Source: an uncultured Dehalococcoidia bacterium
GTDB taxonomy: Bacteria; Chloroflexota; Dehalococcoidia; Lucifugimonadales; UBA3495
Length of the DNA: 64,000 nt
Reading direction: 5' to 3'
Assembly (NCBI GenBank): GCA_958296385.1
Contig: OY282494.1
Location: forward strand, 1,709,537-1,773,536
Notes under the pieces: model-generated
The model's database searches: none
Told to the model about the DNA's origin: nothing
Seen by the model: the letters and a program-made list of their open reading frames with translations, nothing else
Translations under genes and position numbers: made by a program
Part shown: piece by piece, positions 54,600-63,961 of the stretch
Layout: each line of letters starts with the position of its first letter
How positions within the stretch are numbered: position 1 is the first letter of the stretch

Positions 54600-55129
54600 G
54601 GCCCCGGCAAACTCAGGCTGCGGCACAGCAGCGCCACTTCCTCCCGGATGCTGGCCGCCAAATCGGGGTCGTCGGTCGAATGGGCCAGCCGACGGGAGAA
54701 CACGCTCAGGTTATTGACCAGGTTCAGCGCAAACTCAACCCCGGCCAGATTCAGTCCCAGATTATCCATCAGATGCCGTATCAGCATAACCTTGTGCAGG
54801 TCGGCCCGCGAGTACAGCCGGAGCATCCCGACGGTGCGCACCGGCTGAATCAGCCCCAGCCGCTCGTACTTGCGCAGCGTTTGCGGGTGCATTTCCAGCA
54901 GCCGGGCCGCTACCGATATGATGTACACCCCCTCCATTTCCGGGCCGGACGCCCCGGCGTCCCGGCGTCCGTCGGCTCTGCTCTCCGCCGCCGGCGGCCC
55001 GGCCGCTGACAGCCCGGCCGGCGCCGGCGTATCGCCGTTCCAATCCTGCGGCGCCGCGAAAGCCGGCTGCGGATAGGGTTCCGCCGGTATGTTCATTGCG
55101 TTGGCCGTTCCGGCCCAGCGCCGCTGCAT
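54590..55129 (-). CDS. hspR: MerR-family heat-shock repressor HspR-like, with a Pro-rich N-terminal extension
   Basis: YIISVAARLLEMHPQTLRKYERLGLIQPVRTVGMLRLYSRADLHKVMLIRHL. ATG 55129 sits behind GGAGAA; the track ORF extends to GTG 55210. Confidence 0.75.
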   Translation of the reverse strand: MQRRWAGTANAMNIPAEPYPQPAFAAPQDWNGDTPAPAGLSAAGPPAAESRADGRRDAGASGPEMEGVYIISVAARLLEMHPQTLRKYERLGLIQPVRTVGMLRLYSRADLHKVMLIRHLMDNLGLNLAGVEFALNLVNNLSVFSRRLAHSTDDPDLAASIREEVALLCRSLSLPGPVQ

Positions 55130-55225
55130 CGTTCTATTCTCCGGGGCAACCGTCTGCGGGGCCGGCATCGTCAGGGCTTGCGGCAGCGTTGCGCCCGTGA
55201 ATTTTATCACATTGGATTAATGGGT

Positions 55226-55255
55226 ATGATAAGTCTTGACACGGCTTGTGTCAAG
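55226..55255 (-). promoter_or_regulatory. Sigma-70-like promoter (TTGACA-N17-TATCAT on minus strand) overlapped by a HAIR-like inverted repeat CTTGACA-N7-TGTCAAG
   Basis: The inverted repeat is at 55235-55255, the -35 at 55254-55249 and the -10 at 55231-55226. The known HspR operator consensus is CTTGAGT-N7-ACTCAAG. Confidence 0.6.
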
Positions 55256-55415
55256 GCGTATTATCCAGTCCATTGAAACCAGCCGACCTGAAATCGGCAA
55301 TAAACCGCCCGTCGTCAGCGCAATCCAACCCCATTTTGACAGCGTAAATTAGTTGAACGGACGCCTTCACCGTTGTATGCCAACCGGCAAATCCAATCCC
55401 GGAAAGGAGGCCATC

Positions 55416-55619
55416 ATGAGACTCAAGTTCAACGCCTGCCCCAAGTGCCGCGGCGACCTGGAACTGCGGAAGGACATCTACGGGATGTTCGTCAGCTGCT
55501 TGCAGTGCGGCTTGCAGCGCGACCTCGATGCGCCCACCGGCACCATCGAAATCAGGCCGCAGGATATGCCGGCCGTCGCCACCACCACCGAGCAGGAGCA
55601 GCTCTTGCAGGCGGCGTAA
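55416..55619 (+). CDS. Small zinc-ribbon protein
   Basis: AAGGAGG RBS. MRLKFNACPKCRGDLELRKDIYGMFVSCLQCGL (CxxC...CxxC). Confidence 0.5.
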   Translation: MRLKFNACPKCRGDLELRKDIYGMFVSCLQCGLQRDLDAPTGTIEIRPQDMPAVATTTEQEQLLQAA

Positions 55620-55732
55620 CATCCGCCCCAATCCGGAAACGGGCGCGGCCGCCGGGAATACACCCGGCGGCCGCTTTGTCATTTAATGACAACCCCCGCC
55701 CTAGTCCGGTCAAACCCAAATCCAATCAGCAT

Positions 55733-56395
55733 CTACCGGGTCAGTTCGGGCCAGAACCGTTCCTCCCGCCAGGGATCGCCGTTGTTGTTGTACCCGCGTT
55801 CCTCCCAGAAACCGGGGGCGTCCTCGGCCATAACCTCAATCCCGTTCACCCACTTGGCCGACTTCCAACCGTACCGGCTCGGCACCACCAGACGCAGCGG
55901 CCAGCCGTGGTCTTTGCCCAGCTCCGCGCCGTTCTGCCGGTGGGCCAGCAACCCCTCCGACAGCGCCAAATCCAGCGGCACGTTGGTAGTGTAATCCCCG
56001 TAGCAGTGGGCCATCAGGTGCAATGCCCCCGGCGCAACGCCCGCCCGCTCCAAAAGCGCCGCCACCGGCACCCCCTCCCAAGTCTGATCCAGCGCCGACC
56101 ACTGCGTAACGCAATGAAAATCGGCGCCCACGGACACCTGCGGCAGGGCCAGCAACCCCGGCCAGTCCAGCGTAATCTCCCGCTCCACCAGCCCCCACAC
56201 CCGGAAACTCCAGGTTGACAGGTCAATTGCCGGCGTATCGCCGTAGGTCAGCACGGGAAAGGTTTTGGCGACAAACTGGCCGGGCGGCACCCGCTCGCCG
56301 GCCGGCGGCGCAATTTTCACCTGGTCAGGCCGCTTCAACCCAAACTCAGGCTGCGCCGCCGGCGTCTGCCGCGCTTCACGGTCGGAGGTAGTCAT
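55733..56395 (-). CDS. Molybdopterin-dependent oxidoreductase (sulfite-oxidase/MsrP-like catalytic domain)
   Basis: ...ADFHCVTQWS...WEGVPVAALLE...HGWPLRLVVPSRYGWKSAKWVNGIEV. Confidence 0.8.
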   Translation of the reverse strand: MTTSDREARQTPAAQPEFGLKRPDQVKIAPPAGERVPPGQFVAKTFPVLTYGDTPAIDLSTWSFRVWGLVEREITLDWPGLLALPQVSVGADFHCVTQWSALDQTWEGVPVAALLERAGVAPGALHLMAHCYGDYTTNVPLDLALSEGLLAHRQNGAELGKDHGWPLRLVVPSRYGWKSAKWVNGIEVMAEDAPGFWEERGYNNNGDPWREERFWPELTR

Positions 56396-56422
56396 CCGAA
56401 ATGCTCCATAGATAGATAGAAT

Positions 56423-56486
56423 GATGCTTGGTGAGATTGATGCTCGGTGCGGTTGATGTTCAGTGAGATTGACGTTGCGACGTTAC
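56423..56486. repeat. 16-bp tandem repeat x4 (GATGCTTGGTGAGATT, GATGCTCGGTGCGGTT, GATGTTCAGTGAGATT, GACGTTGCGACGTTAC)
   Basis: Read directly. It lies between the selD stop and the start of the Mo-oxidoreductase gene. Confidence 0.7.
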
Positions 56487-57550
56487 GGCCCGGCGCTGAT
56501 TGTGCCGGCCGGCCCGTCGGTGATGCGCCCGACTACGGCGGCGCAGGGCGCGCCCTCGTCATTCAGTGCGTCAATCAAGTCTTGCTCCCGCTCCGCCGGC
56601 ACCGACATCAGCAGCCCGCCCGACGTCTGCGCGTCGCAAAGCAGCAGCCGGTCTTGCTCCGTAAGCGCATCATCCCACGCCACCACGTCGGACACGCTGC
56701 TAACGTTGCGATGCGTGCCGCCGGGCGCTACGCCGGCCGCCAGCAATTCCCGCACGCCCGGCAGCAAAGGAACCGCCGCCAGGCTAACCTCGGCGGCAAC
56801 CCCACTGCCCCGAACCATACTTTTCAGATGGCCCAGCAGCCCGAACCCGGTTATGTCGGTAGCGGAGTTCACCCCAACGCGCATCATCGCCGCCGCCGCC
56901 GGACGGTTCAGCGCCGCCATCGTCGCCACCGCCCCGGCCATCACGTCGGGCGCCGCGGAACCCTGCTTGCCGGCAGTAGTGATAATGCCGGTGCCGATGG
57001 GCTTGCTCAGCACCAGCGAATCGCCCGGCCGCGCCCCGGCGTTGCTAACCTGCGCGCCCGGCTTAACCACCCCGATAACCGACAAACCATACTTCGGTTC
57101 CGGGTCATCCACCGTATGGCCGCCCACGATCAGGCACTCCGCCTCCGCCGCCTTGGCATACCCCCCCTGCAACGTGCGCCCCAGAATCTCCTTGTCCAAA
57201 GCCGCCGGAAACCCCACCACGTTCAGCGCAATCAGCGGCTTGCCGCCCATGGCGTACACGTCCGACAGCGAGTTGGCGGCGGCGATGGCCCCAAACTCAT
57301 AGGGGTCATCGGTAATCGGCGGAAAAAAATCCACCGTAACGATGAGCGCCGTATCATCGTTGATACGATAAACCGCCGCATCATCCCCGGTTTCCGCCCC
57401 CACCAGCAAATCAGGATGCCGCAGCAGCGGAACATAACTCAGAACCTGGCCCAGGTCCTCAAGGCTAAGCTTAGCCGCTCAACCCGCACAATGCGAAAGC
57501 TCAGTAAGACGGACGGGCGCTTGCGATTCGGTACTTTGGGATTGGGTCAT
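56483..57550 (-). CDS. selD: Selenide, water dikinase SelD with in-frame UGA (selenocysteine) at 57479-57481
   Basis: The track ORF (56483..57409) lacks the N-terminus. Reading upstream through TGA gives MTQSQSTESQAPVRLTELSHCAG-U-AAKLSLEDLGQVLSYVPLLRHPDLLVGAETGDDAAVY. This aligns with E. coli ...LTQYSHGAGCGCKISP, with U at the catalytic Cys17 position. Confidence 0.85.
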
Positions 57551-57585
57551 AAGACAACCTCAAAATGGACTACAGCCTCAGATGG

Positions 57586-58776
57586 CTACAGCTGGTATTC
57601 CGGGCGGCGCAGCAGTTGGCGGGCTATTACCAGCCGCATTATCTCGTTCGTGCCTTCGCCAATAATCATCAGCGGCGCATCCCGGTAGTAGCGTTCTACG
57701 GGAAAATCTTTCGTGTAGCCGTAGCCGCCGTGAATCCGCATCGCCTCCATCGCCACCTCGCCGCACACCTCGCTGGCAAACAGCTTGGCCATCCCCGACT
57801 CCAGGTCGATGCGTTCGCCGCTGTCCTTCTTGGCGGCCGCATCGTACACCAGCAGGCGCGACGCCTGAATCTTGGTGGCCATATCCGCAATCTTGAGCTG
57901 GATAGCCTGATGCTGGCTGATTGGCTGCCCAAAGGTTTCCCGCTGCTGGATGTAGCGCATTGAAGCGTCCAGCGCCGCCTGCGCCACGCCCACCGCCCGC
58001 GCCGCCACGTTGATGCGCCCCGTTTCCAGCCCGCTCATCACCTGCCCAAACCCCACGTTCTCCGCCCCGCCAATCAGATTCTCGGCCGGAATCCGGAAAT
58101 CCTCAAACGCCAGCTCGCAAGTATCCAACCCCCGATAGCCCAGCTTGTCCAGATGCCGCCCGACCTTAAACCCCGGGTCGTTGTTCTTTTCAATGACGAA
58201 AGCCGACAGCCCCCGGTGCTTGATGGACGCATCAGGATTAGTACGGGCCAGCAAACAGAAAGCATCGCCCGATTCGGCGTTGGTGATGAACATTTTGGAG
58301 CCGTTAACGACGTACTCCTCGCCATCCTTGACGGCGCGGGTTTGCAAAGCGCCCACGTCGCTGCCGCCGCCGGGTTCGGTAAGGGCCAGCCCGCCGCGCA
58401 TTTCGCCGCTGGCCAGCCGGGGCAAAAACTGGACGCGCTGCTCCGCCGTGCCGTAATTCGCCAGCACGTAAGCCAGAATATGATGCGTCCCCAGCGCGCC
58501 GGTCAGGGCCATATACCCCTTGCTGATTTCCTCAAAAATCATCGCAAAGGTAGTGTAATCCAGCCCCATCCCGCCATATTCCTCCGGAATAGTAATGCCA
58601 AACAGCCCCAGCTCTTTCATCGTATCGATGAGAGCATAAGGAACGGTATCCTCAGCATCGTGCACGGCGGCGGCCGGCTCCACGTCCCGCCGCACAAAAT
58701 CGCGCACCATGCTGACAATCTGATTGCGGGCTTCGACCGGAGTAGGGACAATCGGAATCGGGGCAGCAGTAGTCAC
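57586..58776 (-). CDS. Acyl-CoA dehydrogenase
   Basis: GLALTEPGGGSD, ...KMFITNA..., RETFGQPI, YRDAPLMIIGEGTNEI. GTG 58776 sits behind AGGAG. Confidence 0.88.
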   Translation of the reverse strand: MTTAAPIPIVPTPVEARNQIVSMVRDFVRRDVEPAAAVHDAEDTVPYALIDTMKELGLFGITIPEEYGGMGLDYTTFAMIFEEISKGYMALTGALGTHHILAYVLANYGTAEQRVQFLPRLASGEMRGGLALTEPGGGSDVGALQTRAVKDGEEYVVNGSKMFITNAESGDAFCLLARTNPDASIKHRGLSAFVIEKNNDPGFKVGRHLDKLGYRGLDTCELAFEDFRIPAENLIGGAENVGFGQVMSGLETGRINVAARAVGVAQAALDASMRYIQQRETFGQPISQHQAIQLKIADMATKIQASRLLVYDAAAKKDSGERIDLESGMAKLFASEVCGEVAMEAMRIHGGYGYTKDFPVERYYRDAPLMIIGEGTNEIMRLVIARQLLRRPEYQL

Positions 58777-58948
58777 GTAAAAGCTCCTGAACAATGCCAA
58801 GTAAAAACACGCCCCGCAGTCTATCCCAACCCAACCACCGGCGCAACTTGGCCGCGTGGACGGCAGCGTTCCGCTTATCAAAACAAAACCCCTCTCCACC
58901 GGGGAGAGGGGTCAGTGACGGCAACCCGGTTATGTTGCGGCAGCCCGG

Positions 58949-59397
58949 CTATCCGCCGTCCCCTCCAATAGTCAGCCGCCGCGTTTGGGCGGTTTCGGCT
59001 ACGGGCAGCGTTACCGTCAGCACGCCGTTGTTCAGGGCTACGGCGGCCTGCTCCAGGTCAAGGTCGGCGGGCAGACGCAATGCGCGCTGGAAACTCCCCG
59101 TGCGTCGCTCCCGCATCAGGTACTTGTACTCGCACTCGTCGCCCTGGTGCTCCGTCTCCGTCTGGCGAGACGCCTTTATCGACAGCACCCGGTCGGGGCT
59201 GATGCTCACGTCCACGTCGTCCTTGTCAAAGCCCGGCAGCGTGGCCGCAACCGTCAGCTGCCGGTCGTTCCGCTGCACGTCCATCGGAATCGGCCACGCC
59301 GTAGCCGCCGGTTCGGCGCCGGCAAAAAACGGGCGGCCCATCATCCGGCGCAAACCCGGCATCTCGCGCAACGGGTCAAATCGCTGCATACTCGTCA
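58949..59397 (-). CDS. Hsp20/alpha-crystallin small heat-shock protein
   Basis: PMDVQRNDRQLTVAATLPGFDKDDVDVSI...GSFQRALRLPADLD...AALNNGVLTVTLP. AGGAGG RBS. Confidence 0.85.
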
Positions 59398-59527
59398 TAA
59401 TCATCCTCCTGTTCGGTTGCTTTGCCGGCCGTCCGGCCGGTGTGCGACGGCATCTGGAACCGTCAGGATTCACTTTACAGACTTGATTGGCTATTGTCAA
59501 CTATCCGCTAGTGCTGCCATCATTGTC

Positions 59528-59556
59528 TTGACTAACCGGCGCTACTGTTATAAGAT
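59528..59556 (+). promoter_or_regulatory. Candidate promoter of the dnaJ-hspR-clpC operon (TTGACT ... TGtTATAAG/TAAGAT)
   Basis: TTGACT is at 59528-59533. An extended -10-like TGTTATAAG is at 59546-59554. It lies about 40 nt upstream of the dnaJ ATG. Confidence 0.35.
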
Positions 59557-59592
59557 GATGGAAACGCCAATTTCCCGCGTGTGAACCTTGCA

Positions 59593-60519
59593 ATGGCTGA
59601 TTACTACGACATACTGGGCGTCCCGCGCACCGCCGACGAGAAAGCAATCCGGCAGGCGTACCGCCGCTTGGCCCGCCAGCATCATCCCGACGTCAACCCC
59701 GGCGATGACGGCGCCGCCGAACGCTTTAAGTCCATTAACGCCGCCTACGAGGTGCTGTCCGACGCCGACAAGCGGGCCAAATACGACCGCTACGGCGACC
59801 GCTGGGAACACGCCGACCAGTTTGAGCCGCGCGGCGGCGGCCCCGATTTCAGCCGGTTCTTTCATTCCGGCGATTTCAGCGGCGGCGGCGATGCCGGCCG
59901 GGGGCGCGGAAGGTTCACTTTTACCACCGGCAACGGCGGTTCTCTCGGCGACTTTCTGGGCAACCTGGGCGGCTTTGCCGGTTTCGGCGGCGAGCCAACC
60001 CGCCCGGCCCCCGCCGACGTATCCGTTGACATCACGCTGGAGGAAGCCGACCGGGGCACCACCCGCCTCGTCAACCTGCCCGACGGCCGCCGTCTGGAAG
60101 TCACCATCCCCGCCGGCATCGCCGACGGCGGCCGGGTGCACATCGCCGCCGGCAATTCCTCCGGCAGCGAGTTCAACCTGCTGGTGTCCATCCTCCGCCA
60201 CGACCGCTTTGAGCGCCAGGGCGCTGACCTGTACACCACCGTTGACGTGCCGCTGGCCGATGCCATGCTGGGCGGCGCGGTGCACGTGCCAACCCTCCGC
60301 AGCCGCGTTGAACTCACGCTGCCCCCGGAAACCCAGAACGGCCGCCGGTTCCGCCTGGCCGGCCAGGGACTGTCCAAGCTCCGCAGCCCGGAACGCCGGG
60401 GCAACCTTTTCGCCACCGTCAACGTTGTGCTGCCCACCGGCCTCACCGACGCGCAGCGCGCCCTGTTCGAACAACTCCGCAGCGCCGGAACCCAACCCGG
60501 CGGCAAGGAGCCGGAATAA
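59593..60519 (+). CDS. J-domain co-chaperone, class II (CbpA/DnaJ without zinc-finger domain)
   Basis: MADYYDILGVPRTADEKAIRQAYRRLARQHHPDVNP..., a G/F-rich linker and C-terminal substrate-binding domains. No CxxCxGxG repeats. Confidence 0.85.
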   Translation: MADYYDILGVPRTADEKAIRQAYRRLARQHHPDVNPGDDGAAERFKSINAAYEVLSDADKRAKYDRYGDRWEHADQFEPRGGGPDFSRFFHSGDFSGGGDAGRGRGRFTFTTGNGGSLGDFLGNLGGFAGFGGEPTRPAPADVSVDITLEEADRGTTRLVNLPDGRRLEVTIPAGIADGGRVHIAAGNSSGSEFNLLVSILRHDRFERQGADLYTTVDVPLADAMLGGAVHVPTLRSRVELTLPPETQNGRRFRLAGQGLSKLRSPERRGNLFATVNVVLPTGLTDAQRALFEQLRSAGTQPGGKEPE

Positions 60520-60896
60520 TGACCCCGCCCGACACTATCACCAACGAACCCTGTTTCGTCATCAGCGTGGCCGCCCGCATGGTGGGCCTGCACGCCCAAA
60601 CCCTGCGCTACTACGAACGCGTCGGCCTGGTGCTGCCCTCCCGCTCCGGCGGGCGCCAGCGCCTCTACTCAATGGCCGACATCGACCGTCTGCGCCGCAT
60701 CAAGTCTTTCACCGACGAAATGGGCGTCAACCTGGCCGGCGCGGAGGTGGCGCTGAAACTCATTGACCGCATCCGCGAACTGGAAACCCAGGTGCAGGAA
60801 CTCAACAATGAGCTGGAGCGGCTGCGCCCGCCCGGCCGTACCCGCCGCGCCGGCCGCCCCTCCAACGGCCCCCGCCGGACGCAGCAGCAGAGGTGA
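60519..60896 (+). CDS. hspR: MerR-family heat-shock repressor HspR
   Basis: FVISVAARMVGLHAQTLRYYERVGLVLPSRSGGRQRLYSMADIDRLRRIKSF. TAATG overlap with dnaJ. Confidence 0.8.
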   Translation: MTPPDTITNEPCFVISVAARMVGLHAQTLRYYERVGLVLPSRSGGRQRLYSMADIDRLRRIKSFTDEMGVNLAGAEVALKLIDRIRELETQVQELNNELERLRPPGRTRRAGRPSNGPRRTQQQR

Positions 60897-63379
60897 ACGA
60901 CATGGTAATGAGCGCGGAACTATTTACCCGCCAGGCGCAAGACGCCCTGCAACGCTCGCAAGAACTGGTGCGCAACTACCAGCACAGCCAATGGGACGTG
61001 GAACACGTCCTGCTGGCCCTGGTCGCCCTGGACGACGGCCTCCCCGGCCGCATCCTCTCCGAGCTGGGCGTCAGCGCCGAATCGGTCAAAACCCGGCTGC
61101 ATCAAACATTGGAAGCCGCCCCCAAAGTGGTGTCCGGCGCCCAGCAAATCTTTATCACCCCCCGCCTGCAACGGATGCTCCAAACCGCCAAAGAGGAATC
61201 CGAACGCCTCAAAGACCAGTTCATCAGCGTTGAGCATCTGCTGCTGGCCGCCTCCCGCGAGAGCGCCGGCGATTCCGCCCGCCTGTTCCAGGAGTTCGGC
61301 ATCACGCAGGAAATGGTGTACCAGGCCATGCAAAAGCTGCGCGGCACGCATCGCGTTGACGACCAGAACGCCGAGCAGCGCTACCGTTCCCTCGAGAAGT
61401 ACAGCGTTGACCTCACCCAGCTGGCCCGCGTCGGCAAGCTGGACCCGGTGGTCGGCCGCGATGCCGAAATCCGCCAGGTGATGCAAACCCTCACCCGCCG
61501 CACCAAGAACAACCCGGTGCTCATCGGCGACGCCGGCGTTGGCAAAACCGCCATCGCCGAGGGCCTGGCCATCAAGATTATTGACGACGACGTACCCGAT
61601 TCCCTCCGCAACCGCAGCGTGATGGCCCTGGATATGGGACGGCTGGTCGCCGGCGCCAAGTTTCGCGGCGAGTTTGAGGAACGCCTCAAGTCGGTAATCG
61701 ACGAAGTAACCTCCGCGCAAGGCGAAGTAATCCTCTTTCTCGACGAGATGCACACCCTGGTTGGCGCCGGCGCCGGCGAGGGCGGCCTGGACGCCAGCAA
61801 TATGCTCAAACCCGCCCTGTCCCGCGGCGAACTCCAGGCCATCGGCGCCACTACCCTGGACGAATTCCGCAAGCACATTGAGCGCGACCCCGCCCTGGCC
61901 CGCCGGTTCCATCCCGTGTACGTTGCGGAACCCGATGCCCCGGCCGCCGTGTCCATCCTGCAAGCCCTGAAACCCCGCTACGAAGCCCATCACAAAGTGA
62001 ACATCACCGACGCCGCCATCAACGCCGCCGTCCGCATGAGCAGCCGCTACGTCACCGACCGCCATCTGCCCGACAAGGCCATTGACTTCATCGACGAGGC
62101 CGCCAGCAAGGTGCGCATTGACGCCGGCACGCTGCCGCCTCAGGTACAGGAGATGGAGAACCGCCGCCGCGAGCTGGAGGACTTGGAACTCCGCGCCAAT
62201 CAGATGGCCGACTACGAACGCGCCGCCGAACACCGCACCGAACGCCTCCGCATTGACGACAAACTCAACGCCGAGCGCGCCTCCATTGAACACACCACCG
62301 GCCCCGACCTGGTAGTTGACGAGAGCGACATCGCCGAACTGGTCTCCCGCTGGACGGGCATCCCCGTCGGCCGCCTGCTGGAGGGCGAAGCCGAACGCCT
62401 GCTGCAAATGGAAACCCACCTGCACCGGCGGGTCATCGGCCAGGACGCCGCCATTGGCGCCGTTTCCGACACCATCCGCCGCGCCCGCTCCGGCCTCAAC
62501 GACCCCAAACGGCCTTTCGGCAGTTTCATCTTTCTCGGCCCCACCGGCGTCGGCAAAACCGAACTGGCCCGCGCCCTGGCCGAGTTCCTGTTCAACGATG
62601 AGGACAGCATGGTGCGGCTGGATATGTCCGAGTACGGCGAACGGCACACCGTTTCCCGGCTCATCGGCGCACCCCCCGGCTACGTCGGCTACGACGACGC
62701 CGGACAGCTCACCGAGGCCGTCCGCCGCCGTCCGCATCGCGTCATCCTCTTTGACGAAATCGAAAAAGCCCACCCCGACGTTTTCAACCTCCTCCTGCAA
62801 ATCCTCGAGGATGGCCGCCTCACCGACGGGCAGGGCCGGGTCGTTGACTTCCGCAACTCGGTAGTCATTATGACCAGCAACCTGGGCACCGGCGATTTGT
62901 CCCATCGTCCCTTTGGCTTTGCCGTCGGTTCCGACGACAGCGAGGCCGCCGCCGGCAAGGTAACGCCCGAACTGTCCCGCTCCGTGCACGACGCCCTGCG
63001 CCGCACTTTCCGCCCCGAACTGCTCAACCGCATCGACGAAACCATCGTGTTCCACCCCCTCAGCCGCGCCCAGATTGGCTCCATCGTCGGCCTGATGCTA
63101 GCCGACGTCCAGCAGCGCCTCGCCGAGCGCAACATCACCTGCGCCCTCACCGACGCCGCCTGCGATTGGCTGGTCAAAGAGGGCTTCGACGTCAGCTACG
63201 GCGCCCGCCCCCTGCGCCGCGCCATCCAGCGCCACGTCGAGAACCAACTGTCCCAGGGCGTCCTCTCCGGCCAATTCCAGGAGGGCTGCCACGTCACCAT
63301 CGACGTCAACCCAACCGCCAGCTCCCTAACCCTAACCACCGCAACCCCCGCCGAACCGGAGCTCGTAGCGGCGGCGTGA
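60893..63379 (+). CDS. clpC: Clp/Hsp100 AAA+ ATPase, ClpC-type (two NBDs, short UVR-like middle domain)
   Basis: Clp_N repeats are present. Walker A motifs GDAGVGKT and GPTGVGKT start about 1010 nt (~337 aa) apart, which is ClpC-like rather than ClpB-like spacing. DYERAAEHR is UVR-like and RPFGFAV is a possible ClpP loop. The GTG start overlaps the hspR stop. Confidence 0.85.
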   Translation: MNDMVMSAELFTRQAQDALQRSQELVRNYQHSQWDVEHVLLALVALDDGLPGRILSELGVSAESVKTRLHQTLEAAPKVVSGAQQIFITPRLQRMLQTAKEESERLKDQFISVEHLLLAASRESAGDSARLFQEFGITQEMVYQAMQKLRGTHRVDDQNAEQRYRSLEKYSVDLTQLARVGKLDPVVGRDAEIRQVMQTLTRRTKNNPVLIGDAGVGKTAIAEGLAIKIIDDDVPDSLRNRSVMALDMGRLVAGAKFRGEFEERLKSVIDEVTSAQGEVILFLDEMHTLVGAGAGEGGLDASNMLKPALSRGELQAIGATTLDEFRKHIERDPALARRFHPVYVAEPDAPAAVSILQALKPRYEAHHKVNITDAAINAAVRMSSRYVTDRHLPDKAIDFIDEAASKVRIDAGTLPPQVQEMENRRRELEDLELRANQMADYERAAEHRTERLRIDDKLNAERASIEHTTGPDLVVDESDIAELVSRWTGIPVGRLLEGEAERLLQMETHLHRRVIGQDAAIGAVSDTIRRARSGLNDPKRPFGSFIFLGPTGVGKTELARALAEFLFNDEDSMVRLDMSEYGERHTVSRLIGAPPGYVGYDDAGQLTEAVRRRPHRVILFDEIEKAHPDVFNLLLQILEDGRLTDGQGRVVDFRNSVVIMTSNLGTGDLSHRPFGFAVGSDDSEAAAGKVTPELSRSVHDALRRTFRPELLNRIDETIVFHPLSRAQIGSIVGLMLADVQQRLAERNITCALTDAACDWLVKEGFDVSYGARPLRRAIQRHVENQLSQGVLSGQFQEGCHVTIDVNPTASSLTLTTATPAEPELVAAA

Positions 63380-63384
63380 CAGAC

Positions 63385-63423
63385 GCCCCCCCGAGGGGGT
63401 CTGGGGGAAATGATTTCCCCCAG
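63385..63423 (+). terminator. Two GC hairpins after clpC (CCCCCC-GA-GGGGG; CTGGGGGAAA-TGA-TTTCCCCCAG)
   Basis: A perfect 10-bp stem at 63401-63423. There is no U-tract, so intrinsic termination is uncertain. Confidence 0.4.
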
Positions 63424-63457
63424 CGTCCCCCCTTACCCCCTAGCGCACACCCTCCCG

Positions 63458-63958
63458 TCAAAATCCCCCGCCAAATCCCAAAAATCAGCGACCCCAACCT
63501 CTTGCAACCGGACATAAGTTCGTGTAACATACATTCATCGGGCATCTCAACCAACCCATCCCCCCTCAGCCGTCCTCGCTCGAGAACATCCCCTGAGGAA
63601 CCGGGGCCAGCACACCGCTAGCACAACCGCCGGAGATTCAAGTCAAAAACGGCCAGTCAGCAAAAAACCGCAATCGGCAAGGGTAGTCCCGACCCCGCTT
63701 TCACGGCGCGGGCTGCCTCCGCAGGGTATCGAGCTTCAGCCCGCGTGCTGCCTCTCATTAGGGCAGGACACGTAAAATGAAGGTCCAAAATAGTTGCGTA
63801 CCAACCTCCGGCCGTAGGGCTGACAACGACTTGAATCTCCGACAACCAAACCAACCAAACCAACCGCCCGATAAACGCCCGATACCAGCCAACCGCAAAC
63901 CCTCTCCCACAGGATGAACGATTATGACTTGACCCAAAACCCCCTGAAACGAAACGCT
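63458..63958 (-). ncRNA. Candidate structured RNA or repeat element, copy B (inverted relative to 38803..39352)
   Basis: The reverse complement aligns along its whole length with copy A. The closing helix pairs 63828-63843 with 63629-63644 (15 Watson-Crick pairs plus one G.U). Confidence 0.45.
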
Positions 63959-63961
63959 GCC

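Noticed and set aside
54552-56486. The tandem repeats at 54552-54599 and 56423-56486 as CRISPR arrays
   Set aside because: The units are directly abutting 12- and 16-bp repeats with no unique spacers, and no cas genes are nearby.
59495-59520. Second HAIR operator upstream of dnaJ/hsp20 (ACTTGATTGGCTATTGTCAAC)
   Set aside because: Only the TTGA/TCAA cores are symmetric and the spacing is one nucleotide shorter than at 55235-55255. This is too weak to call without a genome-wide motif model.
38803-63958. The inverted repeat pair as terminal inverted repeats of a composite transposon
   Set aside because: No transposase or integrase lies inside or next to the repeats. The enclosed genes include essential chaperones and tRNAs. 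The repeats show structure-preserving substitutions. Inversion by homologous recombination remains possible and is listed as a finding.
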